The position numbers were made by a program, and so were the translations under genes. From assembly GCA_964448575.1 (NCBI GenBank), contig CAYUWY010000037.1:7103-71102 (forward strand): a stretch of DNA of 64,000 bases. Reading direction: 5' to 3'. This DNA comes from an uncultured Pirellulaceae bacterium (GTDB lineage Bacteria > Planctomycetota > Planctomycetia > Pirellulales > Pirellulaceae). This document shows positions 60,817-64,000 of the stretch, piece after piece. The notes below the pieces were generated by a model that was given only the letters and a program-made list of their open reading frames with translations, was not told where the DNA came from and did not search any database. Each line of letters begins with the position of its first letter. Position 1 is the stretch's first letter.

Positions 60817-62955
60817 TCATTGGCTGTACATTCGCCCAATCGAAATCACGACCGGATTGCCCGGGCTGATGGCAAACGCCTTGCGCATCAACTCTCGGCC
60901 TTGAGCTTTGTCGCCCAGTTCAAACTTGCACCAGGCGAGCTTGGCGATGTTGATCGCGTTGTCGGGCTCCAGCTCAACTAGTTTCTCGAAGTGGGGCTCG
61001 GCTTCGCTAAACTTTTTCAAGACGATCAATGCAGCGCCCAGATTGGCCCTTGGCAACACACTGTCTGGCTCTGCGGCGATCGTTGGCTCAAGCACCTTTA
61101 CCGAGTCCTCGAAACGGCCAACGCTCAGGAACAAGTGCCCCAAATCGTTACGGCAAATGTGATTGTCGGGATCCAGCTTCAATGCCGTCTGATAATACTC
61201 TATCGCTTTTCCGGCATTGCGTTCCTGAACAGAGACTCTTGCCAAGTGGTAATAGCCGATTGAATTATTGGGACGCGATTTCAACGCTCGATTGAAATCC
61301 GCTTTGGCCCCCTGAATGTCTCCGGATTGAAAACGGGCGATTCCCAGGTTCGTGTATACGACCTGTGGCGAGAAATAGGATCTAAACATTTCGTTTTCCG
61401 CTGATTCAATTGCCCGCTCAGAAAATTCAATGGCTTCGTCGTAGTTCTTTTTCTCAAGACTCAGAATCGCTTGTGCGGAAAGCCCTTCGACGTAACTGCT
61501 ATTCTGGCTTACCGCTTGCTCGAACAATGTGTCGTTGTTCTCCCAAAATTGCATTGCACGAGCCGACAAGAATGCGAAGGCCAGTACGACAACAATCAAG
61601 GCTTTGGGAAGCGCATTGTGATACCGTTTGAATTTCTCCGGAACTTTCAGCAGCAGCAAAATCACCAACAGATACAAACCCCAACTGGCCGGGTACAAAT
61701 ATCTTTCGGCATACATATGACGCAGCGGAACAATTCCGCAGGTTGGAATCAACCACACTGCGAACCAGGTCAGTGCCAGCCCTGTTTCACGACGCTTTAT
61801 AATCAAATAGATTCCCAGCCCAACCATGACCAACAAAAGCAGCCCGCAACCGAATTCGACAGCCCCGAGAGACTCTGAAATTCTCCAACGATCAACAATC
61901 GTTGGGTTGCCAGGCAAGACAATTCGGAACATGTAGTAAAAGATCAATCGGGCACTGGTGGCGACTCCCAGTAACAGGTTGTCGGTTGGATATTCGGTAT
62001 TCAAACCGAAACTTCCCAGTACCGTTATCCGGTAGGCCGCCGAAGCGAACACGGTTGCCCACATCGACAACAAAGCGGCCAGCGAAAGCTTCGAAAATCG
62101 TTTTCCAATAGCGAACCAGAACCAGATGGTCGCAAACAGTGGCGTAATCAAAGCAAGTTCTTTGCAAAATGTTGCCATTCCCAACCCGACAAGCATTAAC
62201 GCAAACCAGAACCACCATCTGGGTGCCTTGGGTTCTACGGACGACTTACGCATCGAGGTTGCCGACTCAAGAAGTGTTCTGTCCGTTAATGAATGATTCA
62301 ATATCACGCCGAATGCGATTAAGGAAATCAAGCCGAGTGCGGCACACATCGTGTCCTTGCGTCCGCTAATCCAAGTCACACTGTGTACGCCAAACGGATG
62401 AACTGCGAAAATCATCGCCGCCGCAAAAGAGATGCCGCAGCGGTTCTTGCGATTAAAAAACACCGACACGCCCAGCAAATACAATCCGACAACCACGAGG
62501 CAATGCCAGACGATGTTTACGATCTTGTAGGCTATCGGATTTTCGCCCCACAGCCACCAATCAATGGAAATGCTGGTTGCGTAAACAGGTCGCAAATAGC
62601 CGCCCGGAGTTTCGAGTGTGCCATGGTCTCGCTCGAGGTAGGCATCCAATGAACTGGTCCAGACTTGCGACCACTCATCGACAGATCTGATTCGATATCC
62701 GCCTTCGATAATTTCAACTTGATCAAGCCAAAGGAATTCACCGAACGCGCCGACCATCCACAAGGATCCGGTCACCACTACCAACAGAATACAATGCACC
62801 AAGGACTTTTGGTTTTGTGCGAAAAAGCCTTTTTTTAGATTTGCACTAACTGCTGTTGGACCAACGCGAGTCTTGCGAGACTTACTATTGTCGGGTTTAT
62901 CAGGAAGTGAACTGTCAGTTTTTTGGTTCACGGTGGCGCCGGAATATACGGGCAA
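60817..62955 (-). CDS. TMTC-like GT-C membrane glycosyltransferase with C-terminal TPRs
   Basis: YLRP, FAVHP..SVTWISGRKD, KELA, AERYLYP, W.NN.TLF, then TPR repeats. Start uncertain. Confidence 0.8.
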   Translation of the reverse strand: MPVYSGATVNQKTDSSLPDKPDNSKSRKTRVGPTAVSANLKKGFFAQNQKSLVHCILLVVVTGSLWMVGAFGEFLWLDQVEIIEGGYRIRSVDEWSQVWTSSLDAYLERDHGTLETPGGYLRPVYATSISIDWWLWGENPIAYKIVNIVWHCLVVVGLYLLGVSVFFNRKNRCGISFAAAMIFAVHPFGVHSVTWISGRKDTMCAALGLISLIAFGVILNHSLTDRTLLESATSMRKSSVEPKAPRWWFWFALMLVGLGMATFCKELALITPLFATIWFWFAIGKRFSKLSLAALLSMWATVFASAAYRITVLGSFGLNTEYPTDNLLLGVATSARLIFYYMFRIVLPGNPTIVDRWRISESLGAVEFGCGLLLLVMVGLGIYLIIKRRETGLALTWFAVWLIPTCGIVPLRHMYAERYLYPASWGLYLLVILLLLKVPEKFKRYHNALPKALIVVVLAFAFLSARAMQFWENNDTLFEQAVSQNSSYVEGLSAQAILSLEKKNYDEAIEFSERAIESAENEMFRSYFSPQVVYTNLGIARFQSGDIQGAKADFNRALKSRPNNSIGYYHLARVSVQERNAGKAIEYYQTALKLDPDNHICRNDLGHLFLSVGRFEDSVKVLEPTIAAEPDSVLPRANLGAALIVLKKFSEAEPHFEKLVELEPDNAINIAKLAWCKFELGDKAQGRELMRKAFAISPGNPVVISIGRMYSQ

Positions 62956-63047
62956 TGGAAAGCTCGATTATAACTAACCATCGCCAGATTTTTAGACGCG
63001 TACACATTGGAGGCGCAGTCACCCAACGGTTATCAATCTGTCGATCG

Positions 63048-63998
63048 CTAAACGCGACGGCGACGAGTTGCCATAAAGCCCAAGGTGCCCAGAATCAGCA
63101 AGCCACCGGTCGGCTCGGGGACTGCGAGCTGATCGGAATGCAGCAACAGCTGATAGTCACCGGAACTAGATGCCTCAAACGATTCAATCTGAACAAAGTA
63201 GGTTCCAGTCTCCAAAATGCCTACGTTGAACAACACGCTATCCGATGAACGAAGGGTTCCTGCACCGAATTCAGTAGTTGAGTAAAGCGTATCATCGTTG
63301 GTGAAAAGAACGGTGCCTGAATCGTCAAGCAATGAAATAATCGAATCAAAGGGGGCATTGTCAAATCCAGATGAAAAATCATTGTTGACATCGATTGTGA
63401 ATTGACTGCCAGCAACTAATTCGACTTCGAATAAGTCTATATCGGAATTCGCATCCAACTCGCCGATAATGACTTCGCCGAATCGCTCAGCCACTGGAAT
63501 TTCCTCGAACAATACTGCTTGTGCTGTGCCCAATGTGTCACCCGCATCGCCGTCTTCCAGCAACGCGGTTGGGTTGCCGCCGACAATCGAAGTATCGGCA
63601 TACGCTAATTTGACTTGCGAGTTTATCGAAAAATCTCTGGGTTGTTCTCGCTGCAACTCGGTCAGACCAGTACTGCCAGTAGCCATGATTCGCAAATCCT
63701 CGTCACCGCCAGTATTGATGGCCGATCCTTCGAACACAAGGTTGCCGTGGGCGTCATGATGTCGCAGACCCAAGTTATGTGCCAATTCATGAGCCGCCGT
63801 CCCTGCGAGCGCAGTGGACAATTGCTGAATCTGCTCAGCTCGCTGATTGGATCCGGAAAACTCGTCAACGATAAAACCAAAGTTCGCCGAAAACACGAAT
63901 GCAGTGTCATCCAGATCGCGATTCAAGAAATCGATATGCTCGGCCACACCTAATCCGCCGCCTGTGTCACCGAATATCAATTCTGATCTCACGCCGCC
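63048..63998 (-). CDS. PEP-CTERM surface protein with zinc-metalloprotease motif and PPC-like domain, 5' end outside the window
   Basis: HELAHNLGLRH, DxDLF..DSIISLLD..NDD and VPEP-TM-RRRR sorting signal. Confidence 0.85.
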   Translation of the reverse strand, partial: GGVRSELIFGDTGGGLGVAEHIDFLNRDLDDTAFVFSANFGFIVDEFSGSNQRAEQIQQLSTALAGTAAHELAHNLGLRHHDAHGNLVFEGSAINTGGDEDLRIMATGSTGLTELQREQPRDFSINSQVKLAYADTSIVGGNPTALLEDGDAGDTLGTAQAVLFEEIPVAERFGEVIIGELDANSDIDLFEVELVAGSQFTIDVNNDFSSGFDNAPFDSIISLLDDSGTVLFTNDDTLYSTTEFGAGTLRSSDSVLFNVGILETGTYFVQIESFEASSSGDYQLLLHSDQLAVPEPTGGLLILGTLGFMATRRRRV

Positions 63999-64000
63999 CG

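Noticed and set aside
1-64000. tRNA, rRNA, tmRNA or RNase P genes
   Set aside because: No recognisable signature was seen by eye. A covariance-model scan was not possible.

Overview
64 kb of bacterial chromosome that looks planctomycete (Pirellulales-like): DUF1559 prepilins, a PEP-CTERM protein, a PTPMT1-like phosphatase and planctomycete-style palindromic repeats. The taxon is an inference. The left half (1-37 kb) holds housekeeping and accessory genes: fabZ-like, a 2153-aa acidic/coiled-coil membrane protein, MATE, a triple PilC/GspF plus pilin cluster, an HMG-CoA reductase-DUF3419-prenyl kinase operon, an M14/S9 peptidase fusion and hutUHI. About 21 kb of accessory DNA separates hutI from the divergent hutF. 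It contains an IR-flanked RAYT transposase, REP-like palindromes, a decayed attC-like cassette row, and a complete type I-B (Cmx8/Myxan) CRISPR-Cas locus with 43 repeats and 42 spacers, bracketed by ~52-bp direct repeats. The best candidate for something new lies between cas3 and cas6. An antisense mini-array there (two degenerate repeats and a 27-nt spacer) partially matches two tandem ATG-PAM sites directly beside it, in the promoter region of an ECF-sigma-like gene that heads the Cascade operon and is translationally coupled to cas6. All gene calls come from motif recognition by eye; no database search was run.
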